NCBI GenBank assembly: GCA_963663545.1
Contig: OY760505.1
Span: forward strand, 3,168,001-3,232,000
Origin: Candidatus Delongbacteria bacterium
GTDB lineage: Bacteria > CAIWAD01
Length of the DNA: 64,000 nt
Reading direction: 5' to 3'
Positions 46,001 through 54,528 of this stretch are shown here, in pieces. The translations under genes and the position numbers were made by a program. How positions within the stretch are numbered: the stretch's first letter is position 1; each line of letters begins with the position of its first letter. Under the pieces are notes generated by a model. That model was not told where the DNA came from and did not search any database. It saw nothing but the letters and a program-made list of their open reading frames with translations.

Positions 46001-47110
46001 CTTTCTTCAACAACCGACGCAGACGGCGAGTGGCAGATTTTGGTAGAGACCATCGGCGACTACAGCCTGCGTGCCGAGCAGGTTGACGAAGTGCCTTCAG
46101 GTGTTTCGGTTGTCGATTGTATCAAGATTCGTCGCCATCTGGCAGAGCTTGAAGTCTTTGACGATCCTTACCAGCTCGTTGCGGGTGATGTGAATGCTAG
46201 TGGAACAGTCAACGTTAGTGATGTGATTGCCATCCGTCGTGCCTTGGCTGACCTGGATCCGCTGCCCACGGGCGAGTGGAAGTTCTTCGCCGCCGGTTAT
46301 GCCATCGACATGGCGAACTGGCCGCTGGCACCCACTACGTACGACTACGAGCCGCTGTCTGCAGATTTGACGGGCCAGGACTTCCTGGGCGTCTGCATGG
46401 GCGACGTGGATGGCAGCTGGAATGCAGGCGAGTTACTGGCCCGCGGTGGTGAGACAACATGTCTGAGTTCCGGTGTGATACAGCGTGAAAGCACTGATCT
46501 GGTGCGTGTGCCGCTGGTACTGGATGCCGATGTTGAGCTGGCTGGTGCGCAGTTCCAGTTGAGCTGGCCTGCCGAGCTGGAGTTGAACGATGTCAGTTCT
46601 TCACTGGCCGTGAACTGGACAAGCAATCAGACCGAGCAGCGATTGATCATGGTCTTTGAGCAGCTTGAGGGCGTGCCGCTGCGCGCCGGACAGCCTTTGG
46701 CTGAGCTGATCTTCCGCGTTCCCGCAGGTGACACACGATGGGCGCTGGAGTTGGAGAATGTGGTTCTAGCCAGTCCCGCTGGCGAGGCCTTGTTGTTGGG
46801 TATTGTGCAACCTGTGCTGGATATGAGCCGCATTGCGCAGTTGCCCACGGAGCTCGCACTGCACGATTGCTGGCCCAATCCTTTCAACCCTGTAACCAAT
46901 TTGAGTTTTGATCTGCCCAAAGCGACCCTGGTCAACCTTGCGATCTACGACTTGTTGGGACGCCAGGTAGCTGTGCTGCTTCAGGGTGAGGTCGTTGCTG
47001 GAAGTCATGTTCTGCAGGTCGATGCCTCCGCCTGGGCTTCTGGCACCTACTTCGCGGTGCTGCGTACGGGTGACAGCGTGAAGACGAGTCGCCTGTTGCT
47101 GATCAAGTAA
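40025..47110 (+). CDS. Giant acidic Ig/cadherin-like (tandem-95) repeat surface protein with dockerin, cohesin-like domain and T9SS-type C-terminal domain
   Basis: GGAGGA RBS and signal peptide. About 20 repeats of ~95 aa ending in VNDAP. Dockerin-like GVSVVDCIKIRRHL...GDVNASGTVNVSDVIAIRR. Cohesin-like VRVPLV...LAGAQFQLSW. C-terminus WPNPFNPVT...IYDLLGRQV...ASGTYF...LLLIK. Confidence 0.92.
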   Translation: MRQRICLVMGILLLLVQGALAQTGPTIHPIATANLTEDQSKIHPIYVTDPDDPASNLGVVLQSSDSDHVLLSVYEQTDNDTIWIGIDPSAGWSGSVTGTVRVFDGLPSRSVDLETFTINVAFAADYPVLVQAFDSLLLAEDDCFTLDADTLVTHFYDDDIPYGDSFSITDITYNHGSVSQAGSVWTLCNAENYYGFAAASLTLQDTNYDTLVVFNLPIRITPVNDAPEQILACDPLAMTEDVIATVNGNALKTHFTDPDGDEFEVDSLQFNHGTVTRSGATYSLHPTENYAGAAEVTVYVSESVNPDDLGTTATISVDIAPVNDAPVVGAIADQTASEDTPLTVAFTASDPEDDTMYFAVATDQADVSASVNGAARQITLTPTNNWNGTTTVTLTVSDSELRLSTEVNFDLVVSATNDAPVADPGLADQSIDEDASFLLTEVAILAAFTDPEGDDLSVDEVSSSAGTVTPEGDDYRITPAADFFGDLTITVTVIETITADAYSTSDSFTLTVNAVNDAPVIDAIADQSTDEDVQLRVAYSVNDVDNASLELSVSSDEANVLATLDELAEEIVLTPAADWNGTATITLTANDAALRLTDGEQFTLTVDAVNDAPYLVEAYDDIEALEDTPFELTDAELLANFDDVDGDVLLVQSVSFDHGSVVHAAGTATFTPDEGYNGWAEIGITAVEDGTVDSFTASATIDVAIGAVNDSPDIDPIADQNMDEDDVLRVAYAGTDPEADPISWSVASSNVNLVAVLDEVEEEIVLTPAADWNGSATITLTADDGVVRTTSQESFLVTVNAINDAPYLNSALDDRSTDEDVALSLTNAVLVAHFDDVDGDALTISNVEWAEGSVVTQPGGWLLTPAADYNGSSMVTITARESATADLYTAQGTFTLTVDAINDAPVITLPGDQSTDEDVELRVAYLISDVDNAEFTLDISSSADEVSASIDTDNGELVLVPDADWSGTSNITFTASDEVLRLSDSETFTLTVNAVNDAPVVATPLEDQSIDEDEEYAVATATLLAAFSDVENDVLSIQGVAVDEGAASLFEGVWTITPEADWSGIITVTVTAREASTAEHYTVQDVFELTVNAVNDAPVIAAIEDQTLAEDGNLQVAYSVSDIDGGELLLSVSTGNAFLTVELDLDNEEILLAPVANWFGNSLVTLEANDQVARTISSTSFMVTVTPVNDVPTLATPFEDREEVEDTPFTLLSADLVAAFEDVEDDALVVNQVSFDQGTVVSVAGGYQLTPTSEYSGAALITVEVREQNSVEHYTAQTTINVDIAPENDAPVIASIDTQTMDEDGTLAVPYVVSDVDNPELTLSVTSNNDSILVSLDEDAEEILISLVADFNGSGTVTLRADDEELRLVDTEDFAVIVSAVNDEPVVAGVHATVNAVEDTDFVLSTSELLSHLSDIDGDELTVDAIDFDHGVVSQDGDNWTFTPAADYFGSAEISLTAIEVGTVEAYTVDTTVPVEISAANDAPVIVALDDQELDEDSTLSVAYFVSDVDNGSLSLSVSSDDENLDVELDELAGEILLTPAENWNGSALVTLTADDEVLRATDSETFTVTVTPVNDAPYLSEAYDNVDATESTPFELTAAELLANFADVENDELAVDSLAFNHGTFSLDGDTYTFTPTTGYNGWALIYVRAAETATAEAYTVDASIDVAIGAVNDPPEITAIDDQEMDEDTVLRVAYSGTDPESDPITWSVSADEEQVSVELDEAESEIVLTPSADWNGSALITLVASDGIERITASETFTLTVLPVNDQPVLESALADRETAEDTPLTLTNATLLASFSDVDEDELAVSLVEWAEGTVAAQAGGWLLTPVANYNGSALVTVTVAETGTADLFSVQGTFTLAVSAVNDAPFVTQELDTLLLGRYSSNSSIDLDDVFDDLDNETLSYSVSGDTDLVDVSIDGEGVVTISSNDDWLGDAVLVFTAEDEGSRLSASEDLVVSVIQANAWVSGQVRYYTDENNMEDVLLTLTGTDSLSSTTDADGEWQILVETIGDYSLRAEQVDEVPSGVSVVDCIKIRRHLAELEVFDDPYQLVAGDVNASGTVNVSDVIAIRRALADLDPLPTGEWKFFAAGYAIDMANWPLAPTTYDYEPLSADLTGQDFLGVCMGDVDGSWNAGELLARGGETTCLSSGVIQRESTDLVRVPLVLDADVELAGAQFQLSWPAELELNDVSSSLAVNWTSNQTEQRLIMVFEQLEGVPLRAGQPLAELIFRVPAGDTRWALELENVVLASPAGEALLLGIVQPVLDMSRIAQLPTELALHDCWPNPFNPVTNLSFDLPKATLVNLAIYDLLGRQVAVLLQGEVVAGSHVLQVDASAWASGTYFAVLRTGDSVKTSRLLLIK

Positions 47111-47262
47111 TCGGAATCTGTTTCGCGAGTCTGTGTTACAGGTTCGCGCAGCCGTGGGCCGGCAGGCAATCTGCCGGTCCACTGCGTTTTTTGGCACTGT
47201 GGTAGCGTCTATCTGCATTACATTGACAGGAGAAGAACCGTTCTCGAATGAGGAGATGCACC

Positions 47263-47670
47263 ATGACAACAGGAGTTGTATCACAGGGCCAGCGCGTCGC
47301 CGGAAGGGGATTGCTGACGCTGATCGCCATACTCTCCGTGTATCACATTCTGCTTCTATCGGGGATGTTGCCACCTGTAGCTGCCTGGGGAGGAAGGGTG
47401 GCCGAGTTACCGGCAAACCTGCAAACCTTGGAACTGTTCGCGCTGGGGATCCTGTTGTTCTTTTCCCTGCTTATTCTTGGACACCTGCGCCGCTGGGGGG
47501 GACGCTTCGCCTGGCTGTTTCGTGTTGGTTGCGGAGTCATCGCCGCCTACTTCAGCCTGAATGTTGTGCTTAACCTGATGGCCTTGGGGCTACTGGAACG
47601 ACTGCTCTTCACTCCGCTGAGCTTCATGATGGCTGTCTTTGCATGGTGGCTCGTGCTGGCTCGCAGCTAG
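47263..47670 (+). CDS. Small integral membrane protein (4 TM)
   Basis: GAGGAG RBS, four hydrophobic segments, AWGGR motif. Confidence 0.75.
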   Translation: MTTGVVSQGQRVAGRGLLTLIAILSVYHILLLSGMLPPVAAWGGRVAELPANLQTLELFALGILLFFSLLILGHLRRWGGRFAWLFRVGCGVIAAYFSLNVVLNLMALGLLERLLFTPLSFMMAVFAWWLVLARS

Positions 47671-47811
47671 GACTTTCCTGTGTATCACGGAGTTGCGCCT
47701 CTGTGCTGGCTGTGTGACAAAGATAAATGCGTTATGGCCCGATTTTGTACTACTCGAACACTCCTCGTGCTATTTCACCCTTGAAGAGCCTGTATTCTGC
47801 TTGAGTGCGCT

Positions 47812-47828
47812 CTGGCATTCTTCTTGCT
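47812..47828 (+). promoter_or_regulatory. Putative sigma54 (-24/-12) promoter
   Basis: CTGGCATTCTTCTTGCT, near-consensus, about 100 nt upstream of ATG 47931. Confidence 0.65.
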
Positions 47829-47930
47829 AACGAAATCTGCGCAGGTGTGCACCATGAGGCGAATGGTGGCCGCAATTCCATTCTCTATGCATGGTCATGC
47901 AACACTCCCCTACAGCAGGAGGAAGATGGA

Positions 47931-50273
47931 ATGCTCCTTTGCGGAGAGTGCACTTATTTTGTGCCTATACCCGGGGAGACGGAGGCGGGCACTTGCTTTC
48001 GTCGCCGTGTTGACTTTCGCGATAGCGCAGAGCAATGTCCGCACAATGCCTTTCAGAAGCGTGTGGAGCCGCAGAGTCACCTCTACACCGAGATGAAACA
48101 GCATCTCTGTGCCAAACTGACGGAGGCGAAGGCTGTACTTGACGAGGGTCGTGCCGGGTGTACCGAAAGGATGCTGACTACGCTCCTGGAGCAAAGTGGC
48201 CAGAGATTGCTACCGGTCGAGCGCCATCTTCTTTCCCTTGCCACCTGCCTGATGGCTGTTGAGCTACCTCGTATCGTGCTACGTGACTCTGCCCTTCTCT
48301 CCGGCGAAGACGGTTGTGATACAAACGAAAAGAGGCAGGGGACTGACGCAGAAGCTATTTGCGGGTTCGTTCAGGATCACCGCCATACGCTGTTCTTTCC
48401 TGAAGGAGCTGCAGGACATAGCGCTGATGACCTTATTGCGCACTCCGCAGAGCTGGCCAACGCGCTAGCATGTCTTCTGCAGTTCTACCCCTTGCACGAG
48501 GACCTCAGACACTGTCCGGAGTTCCTTGCTGTGCAGGGAGAGCGTGTTCGCCAACGACTCTTGGCCGCTATGCTACGACTTGCCGATACGCTCTCGCTGG
48601 ATGTATCACAGCAGGGGATGCGCATTCCTGGTCGATTCTCATTTATCGAAGCAGAGGCCGAGACGCATTTGCGCGATTTGAAAAACGCTTTCGTTTCCTG
48701 CATTCATCCCGATGCCGATGCACAGCTACTGCATTTGACTTTACGCCTGCCTGGTCAGTGGCAGTGTGTCACTGGTCTTCCACTGGCAACGAATCGTCTG
48801 AAGCCTCTGCAAAGCGTTGAGCGTGTTCTGCGGATCTGGATCAGCGAGGTTCTGACGACGGTAAACCCGGTCTTTGCGCGCAATGCTATGAGCACTTACA
48901 CAGACATCAAGGTGGAACCCAGCCAAGCGCGCGGTTGCAGTCAGCAATGGCTGGCGGAAGTAGAGCTTCTACTAGAGCGCCATCAGCACTTTGCACATTG
49001 CAAAGGCTCACGTCTGCTTTCCATGATCCCCCGCATGCTGAGGCTTCTTTGCGCTGCTGAAAATGACGCTCCCTTCGAGGAGGGACTTCGCTCCTTTCAC
49101 AGTGAAGTGGCGGTCTATTGCAGGCTTCATCCCGAACACTTGGCGATGGATGTGATACGGCGATTTCTGGAGGCAAAGCGGCAAGAGCAACTGCCAACAG
49201 AACCCATGCGCGGCCTTCTGTCAGCGCTCGCAGACTGTATCGAATGCGAACAGCGCAGCGCTGCACGCGCACTCGATAGTGTGTGTCAGAACATCATCCC
49301 GGAGGGCGTGCGCCACCTTGTGTTAGTTTCCTCTTCGGCCTCACTTGTATCACTGCTGAAAGTGCACGGGGAACAGCGTGTCCGCGAGGGAAGAGAGTGG
49401 ATTCAGGTACATGTGCTGACAGGGCCTCCATCCATTCCGGCGCGTGGAACACGAGCAATGAGTTCACAAGGCGATCCGCTCCAGATCGGTGAAATCATGC
49501 AGTGCCCCGGTTGTAGCGTACAAGTCGTACCTGACGCGAGTCTGGCTACTTTGTTCTCGTATCACGGATTGCTCGCACCCATTGAATCCAAAGCCGATTG
49601 TGTCGAGTGTGATACACACAATCAGAGGCGAACGGCAGCTGCACCAAAGACAGATAAGGGACACCCGACAGAGGAATGGTTGATGCTCACAGACGCAGAG
49701 GGCATTGATGTATGCAGCGGGGATTGTGTGCACTCTTCCGGGCATTTGGCAGCACTACTGCTTGCTGCTCATGCAAGGATTCCCGTGTACATGGTGGCCG
49801 GTCGACTAACGCTGGGCCGGTTGGACAATACGCGCAATGTGTCACAGAGAGCGAAATACGGTTCCGTGACACAATCTCGACCGATGGATGATCCGCCTTC
49901 CGGCGCTATGCAGATCTGGATTCCGCCTGCAGACCGCTTTCCATATTCGCTGCTCAGCCGTGTTTTCATTGATGGCTGTGAGATACTGTCGCAGCAGGAG
50001 CTGGCCCAGCATGCCGTGAAACTAGTCCTGCGGAACGAGGGTGGGAACACATCGCTCAGCTTCGCTACTGCTGCCCGTGTCACGAAGCAGGTGCCCTTTG
50101 GTCAAGACACATCCTCCCGCAGTAACACGGCTACATCAGCCGTTGAAAAACACGCGCCCTTGGCGGGCTTGTTGCCGCACATTTCCTGCGTCGGCGGCTA
50201 TCTTGTACCGGGAGGCAGTGCAAGGCTGCGAACTCTTTCCACGCAAGCGGCTTCCCGCGAAGACGCCAAATAG
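47931..50273 (+). CDS. Multidomain protein: Cys-cluster N-terminus, inactive HD-CE-like domain, eIF2B/NagB-RpiA-like domain
   Basis: AGGAGG RBS. CGECTYF...C...C at the N-terminus. VRQRLLAAMLRLADTLSLD (HD-CE-like). VVPDASLA and HSSGHLAALLLAAHARIPVYMVA (eIF2B-like). Confidence 0.55.
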   Translation: MLLCGECTYFVPIPGETEAGTCFRRRVDFRDSAEQCPHNAFQKRVEPQSHLYTEMKQHLCAKLTEAKAVLDEGRAGCTERMLTTLLEQSGQRLLPVERHLLSLATCLMAVELPRIVLRDSALLSGEDGCDTNEKRQGTDAEAICGFVQDHRHTLFFPEGAAGHSADDLIAHSAELANALACLLQFYPLHEDLRHCPEFLAVQGERVRQRLLAAMLRLADTLSLDVSQQGMRIPGRFSFIEAEAETHLRDLKNAFVSCIHPDADAQLLHLTLRLPGQWQCVTGLPLATNRLKPLQSVERVLRIWISEVLTTVNPVFARNAMSTYTDIKVEPSQARGCSQQWLAEVELLLERHQHFAHCKGSRLLSMIPRMLRLLCAAENDAPFEEGLRSFHSEVAVYCRLHPEHLAMDVIRRFLEAKRQEQLPTEPMRGLLSALADCIECEQRSAARALDSVCQNIIPEGVRHLVLVSSSASLVSLLKVHGEQRVREGREWIQVHVLTGPPSIPARGTRAMSSQGDPLQIGEIMQCPGCSVQVVPDASLATLFSYHGLLAPIESKADCVECDTHNQRRTAAAPKTDKGHPTEEWLMLTDAEGIDVCSGDCVHSSGHLAALLLAAHARIPVYMVAGRLTLGRLDNTRNVSQRAKYGSVTQSRPMDDPPSGAMQIWIPPADRFPYSLLSRVFIDGCEILSQQELAQHAVKLVLRNEGGNTSLSFATAARVTKQVPFGQDTSSRSNTATSAVEKHAPLAGLLPHISCVGGYLVPGGSARLRTLSTQAASREDAK

Positions 50274-50319
50274 TCGGCTTGCTGGCTGGCCACAGAATGA
50301 ATCGCATACTGGAGGTCGC

Positions 50320-51156
50320 ATGAAGCTCCTGATTATCAGTGGTAGTCCACGTCGCAAGGACAGTCATGGTCTTTGCAAGAGGCTGGTAGAGCTGCTGCAG
50401 ACAACCGACACGCTTGAGCTGGAAGAAATCCGCTTGTGCAAGAGGCACATCGATCCTTGCTGTGGCTGCCTGGCTTGTATGCGCAAAGGCGAAGAGGCGT
50501 GCCCATGCAAGGACGAACTGACCGCCATTGTCCGTTCCATGCAGCAGGCGGATGCAGTGATTTTCGCTGCTCCCGTCTACGTACACGGCCTCCCCGCGCC
50601 CATGAAAAACCTCTTTGATCGCTTGGCCTGGTGTCTGCACCGTCCTGCTTTTCATGGCAAACCCGCGCTGCTTCTGTCAACGACCGAGCTCAGCGGCTTG
50701 TCGGAAACACTCAAGCAGCTGGCTTTTCCATTGAGGATTATGGGATTTCACATCCTTGGACGCATTGGTGTGTTGTCGGCGGCCTTCGCCGAAGAAGGCC
50801 CCTACCGAAGCCGGGTGATACGTCAATTGGAGCGCGCTGCGGCAGCTCTCACACAGGCTGTAGCACAACCCGTTCTGCCCCGGCCGCGTCTGAGCGATCT
50901 GGTTTTCTTTCACAAGCTTCGCACAAAGATTCGCATGCATCGCGAGAAGTATGTGGCCGATTACAACTACTGGAGCGAGCAGGGTTGGCTGAATGCTGAC
51001 TACTTCTATCCGGTGAAGACCAACGCCTTCAGACGGTTACTAGCGGCCATTCCCGCGCGAATCATTCGTCTTGTGTTACGACTCAAACTAGGCAAACAGG
51101 TCTTTGTCAGCTTCACGGGCGGAGCCTTTAGCACAGGTGTACACAAAAATGCTTGA
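50320..51156 (+). CDS. Flavodoxin-family NADPH-dependent FMN reductase / iron-sulfur flavoprotein
   Basis: GGAGG RBS. IISGSPR, CCGCLAC...CPCKD, ADAVIFAAPVY, MKNLFDR. Confidence 0.9.
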   Translation: MKLLIISGSPRRKDSHGLCKRLVELLQTTDTLELEEIRLCKRHIDPCCGCLACMRKGEEACPCKDELTAIVRSMQQADAVIFAAPVYVHGLPAPMKNLFDRLAWCLHRPAFHGKPALLLSTTELSGLSETLKQLAFPLRIMGFHILGRIGVLSAAFAEEGPYRSRVIRQLERAAAALTQAVAQPVLPRPRLSDLVFFHKLRTKIRMHREKYVADYNYWSEQGWLNADYFYPVKTNAFRRLLAAIPARIIRLVLRLKLGKQVFVSFTGGAFSTGVHKNA

Positions 51157-51319
51157 ATAAGCGTGGCTTTTTGGCCGCGGCCTGATTCTCAATTCACTGC
51201 ACGCCGCTTACATAGTAACCCCACAAGAGTGTGCTTTCCGCTATCGATGGCTTAAGATCCCCGTGTCGCAAACCGATCAGAGAGGGGCTTATGACAAGAC
51301 ATAGCGGAAGGATCTCATA

Positions 51320-53272
51320 ATGAACAGGTATTGCATCAGCCTTTGTTTTGGCCTGCTGGCCACCGCCGGAGTCCAAGCTCAGACCACCATTACTGCGGCC
51401 AGTGTTTCCGGTTTTGCGGGAAGCACGGTAAACGTACCACTGACGGTAAGTGCTTTCAGCGCTGTGGCGGGTCTGGAATTGCATGTGACCGACAATGGAG
51501 CAGGCTTCTCCCCCCAGGAAGTTACCTCAACAGTGCTGGAAGGCATGACCGTTGGTATCCTAGCGGATCAGATCAACGTGGTCTGGGACGATTACACCAA
51601 TCCGCTGACCCTGGCAGATGGGGATACTCTGGCTGTGGTGTCCTACCTCCTTGCTGGCAGTATTGGTGATACAACACCATTGACTTTCAGCGGCTGTGAA
51701 ATGGCCGACGAGTTTGGCGAGGTCATCGCGGGTTCTTACGTAGATGGCGCCTTGAGCATTGTACCTCCGCAGCCTCCCAGCGCCTTCAATTTGTTGTCGC
51801 CGGCCGATGGCAGCGTTGTATCACAAAATCAGCAGCAAGTCAGCTGGGAAGCCTCAGTCAATGACAACGAGGGGACCCAGCTCTACACGGTTTACTTGAG
51901 TACGGACCCTGAGTTGAACGGCGCCAATAGCTGGAGCGACCAAGAGGCCACCAGCTTCACTTTTCCATCACTTGAGGACAACGCGCAGTATTACTGGTCC
52001 GTGTTGGCGCAGGATGTGGACACGGACGGAACCATGGCCAACCAGATCTGGTCTTTCCAGACGGTCATTCCCGACTGCCCGCATCTGATTGAGGCTTTCG
52101 CCGATCAGGAGGCCAATGAGGATGAGTCGCTGTACATCCAGGACTTCCTGGGCTATTACGAGGATGCCGATGGCGATGAGTTGATGCTGATCAACATGAC
52201 GGACAATGTGGCCGATGCGGATTTCGGTTGGGCCATGGAGGAAGGGTATCTGGTCGTCACACCCCCGGCGAACTGGAATGGCGCTGTGACCTTTACCCTG
52301 ACGGTGAGCGACGGCGGTTGTAACACGGTGGATGAGTTGAACGCCGCTTTTGCCGCAGTCAACGATGCGCCGGTGGCTCCCGCCATCGAGGATGCTTCCA
52401 TCGACGAGGATACTAGTTTCAGTCTGTTGTGGGAGCCGGTGGATGTGGAGCAGGATCCGATCGACATCAGTTTCCAGCTAAGCAATGAAAATCTCAGCGC
52501 CATGTATCACGACGATATCAGCACGATTACCGTGACGCCTGCCGCCGATTGGTACGGCACAGCAACCGTGACGATCAACATCAGCGATGGTGAACTGGAT
52601 GCTTCCACTTCCTTCGAGCTGCAGGTTGTAGCTGTCAATGATGCCCCCGTTGTGACACTCAGCACCGGACCCAGTAGCGGCTGTGGTGTAGTGAGCGAGT
52701 TGGGGCATTTTGAAGACGCCACCAGCGGCTTCATCGTGGACTTAAGCAGCGGCGCGATTTCCGTTGAAGTTCAGGATGTGGATGATTCTGTCGTGACCTT
52801 CAGCGCCTTCATCAACGACGACCTTGTGTTTGAAGGCGATTACGCCATCGGCACAATTCCAGATATCAGCAGTCTGGATTTCAGCGACTACTACGACAGT
52901 GACATTACGCTCTACTTCACAGTAGAGGACGAGGAGTTCGTCTGGAACGAAAACGGCGAAGAGTGCCAGTGGGAGTTGAATTTCCTGGCGCTGCCGGAAT
53001 CGCTTCCCCTGTGCTACTCCCTGGCTCCTTGTGCGCCCAATCCCTTCAACCCGAGTACGCAGATCGCTTTCACTCTGCCGCAGAGCAGCGACGTGAGTCT
53101 CAGGATCTACAACTTGCGTGGCCAGATGGTGGATGAGTTGATTCATCAAACACTGCCCGCAGGTGAGCACCATCTGCAGTGGCAGGCAGGCGAGAACGCC
53201 AGCGGCTGCTATCTGTTGCTGATGCAGGCAGGTGAGTTCCATCAGGTGCAACGCCTGCTGCTGGTTCGCTGA
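51320..53272 (+). CDS. Secreted cohesin + FN3 + tandem-95 repeat protein with a T9SS-type C-terminal domain
   Basis: Signal peptide. N-terminal cohesin pattern GSTVNVPLTV...VAGLEL...INVVWDD...LTLADGDTL...TPLTFS...YVDGALSI. VNDAP repeats. PNPFNPST...IYNLRGQ...LLLVR. Confidence 0.88.
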   Translation: MNRYCISLCFGLLATAGVQAQTTITAASVSGFAGSTVNVPLTVSAFSAVAGLELHVTDNGAGFSPQEVTSTVLEGMTVGILADQINVVWDDYTNPLTLADGDTLAVVSYLLAGSIGDTTPLTFSGCEMADEFGEVIAGSYVDGALSIVPPQPPSAFNLLSPADGSVVSQNQQQVSWEASVNDNEGTQLYTVYLSTDPELNGANSWSDQEATSFTFPSLEDNAQYYWSVLAQDVDTDGTMANQIWSFQTVIPDCPHLIEAFADQEANEDESLYIQDFLGYYEDADGDELMLINMTDNVADADFGWAMEEGYLVVTPPANWNGAVTFTLTVSDGGCNTVDELNAAFAAVNDAPVAPAIEDASIDEDTSFSLLWEPVDVEQDPIDISFQLSNENLSAMYHDDISTITVTPAADWYGTATVTINISDGELDASTSFELQVVAVNDAPVVTLSTGPSSGCGVVSELGHFEDATSGFIVDLSSGAISVEVQDVDDSVVTFSAFINDDLVFEGDYAIGTIPDISSLDFSDYYDSDITLYFTVEDEEFVWNENGEECQWELNFLALPESLPLCYSLAPCAPNPFNPSTQIAFTLPQSSDVSLRIYNLRGQMVDELIHQTLPAGEHHLQWQAGENASGCYLLLMQAGEFHQVQRLLLVR

Positions 53273-53302
53273 TCACGATCCCTCCAATGTCTTGTTTTGT
53301 GC

Positions 53303-53336
53303 GGGGGTGGATCCAAGCGGGTCTGCCCCCTCTTTC
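53303..53336 (+). terminator. Probable intrinsic terminator
   Basis: GGGGGTGGATCC-AAGC-GGGTCTGCCCCC (with G:U pairs) followed by TCTTTC. Confidence 0.6.
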
Positions 53337-53462
53337 ACAGAAACGGGAATTGTCGCGGAAACAGGCGGCTGCGAGTGCAGTGAGTTGACTTTACTGATTC
53401 AGAAAAGGGTGCGATACCATATATTCATAACTGGCTCGTGCCACAAAAGCAAGGGTGACCCT

Positions 53463-54485
53463 ATGGCGGACCGCCGCTGGATTCTGGCAGATGCATTCTT
53501 CCTAACGCGACCGACCCTCGTGCTGGTGGCGTGGATCTTTCTGCTCGCCGGTGCACAACCGCTTTTCGTTGCTGGCAACGACGGCCCCTTCTTCAATCTC
53601 CTGCTTCTGTTGCTGCAGTATAGTTGTGTGCTCGGCAGCGCTTTCATCATTAATCAATTGCACGACCTGGACGGTGACCGGATCAACGGCAAGTGCGAAA
53701 TCCTGACCCGCGGCTACCTGAGCGAGTCCTTTGCCCTTGGTCTGGCATGGGCGCTCTTTGCCCTTGGCATTCTCATCGCGCTGGCACTGGGAGTGGGCAA
53801 TGTGATCCTGACTCTCGTGTTCTATTTGCTGACGGCCATTGTCTACAACAAACCACCACTGGCGACAAAAGACCATCCGCTCTTTGGACCGCTGACTCTA
53901 GTGCTGGGAAGCCTTGTCCTTGTGATACAAGGGGCTGCACTGGGAGGTTGGGAGTTTTTCTGGTTCGGGCTCCTGGGCATCTTGCCGATTACGGTCGCCG
54001 GGCTTTCGATTACTCTGCTGACAACCATTCCCGATATCAGCGGTGATACAGCTGTCGGCAAAAAGACCTTTGCTGTGAGCTACGGCGTGGATCGCACTTG
54101 GCTGACCAGCGTGGTGTTGATGCTATTGGCTGTAGTATTGGCCGTTGTGACACACGATTGGCTGATCTTCTGGCCAGCTGCTGCGGCGACAGGCGTCATC
54201 CTCTACGGCATGCTCTCTGCGCCAGGTGGCGAGCGCGCCGGATTCGCTGCGCGCTGGTCCATCTTTCTGATGGCACTAACCTTGGTACCTACCTTCCGCT
54301 TCTTCGGTGTCGTGATGCTGATTTTCTTCCTGGGGGCGCGTGAGTATCACAAGCGCCGTCTCGATCTGTGTTACCCGAGTCTTGGTTTGGACGACTGCGG
54401 CTGTAGCAGGCAGTCTCCGCCGAGCGGTCCGGGACCCGGGGCAGACCCCGCACAGGCCGAGCGCGAGACTGCCAAGGACGCCTAA
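53463..54485 (+). CDS. UbiA-family prenyltransferase
   Basis: INQLHDLDGDRINGK, YNKPPLATK, TTIPDISGDTAVGKKTFAV; multiple TM helices. Confidence 0.9.
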   Translation: MADRRWILADAFFLTRPTLVLVAWIFLLAGAQPLFVAGNDGPFFNLLLLLLQYSCVLGSAFIINQLHDLDGDRINGKCEILTRGYLSESFALGLAWALFALGILIALALGVGNVILTLVFYLLTAIVYNKPPLATKDHPLFGPLTLVLGSLVLVIQGAALGGWEFFWFGLLGILPITVAGLSITLLTTIPDISGDTAVGKKTFAVSYGVDRTWLTSVVLMLLAVVLAVVTHDWLIFWPAAAATGVILYGMLSAPGGERAGFAARWSIFLMALTLVPTFRFFGVVMLIFFLGAREYHKRRLDLCYPSLGLDDCGCSRQSPPSGPGPGADPAQAERETAKDA

Positions 54486-54528
54486 GACAAGCATCACCTG
54501 CCCATCTTGTGAACCAAAGGGACATTCC

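Noticed and set aside
40025..47110. Adhesin repeats as a diversity-generating retroelement or shufflon target
   Set aside because: No reverse transcriptase or recombinase in the window. The repeats are diverged at all base types rather than at adenines only.
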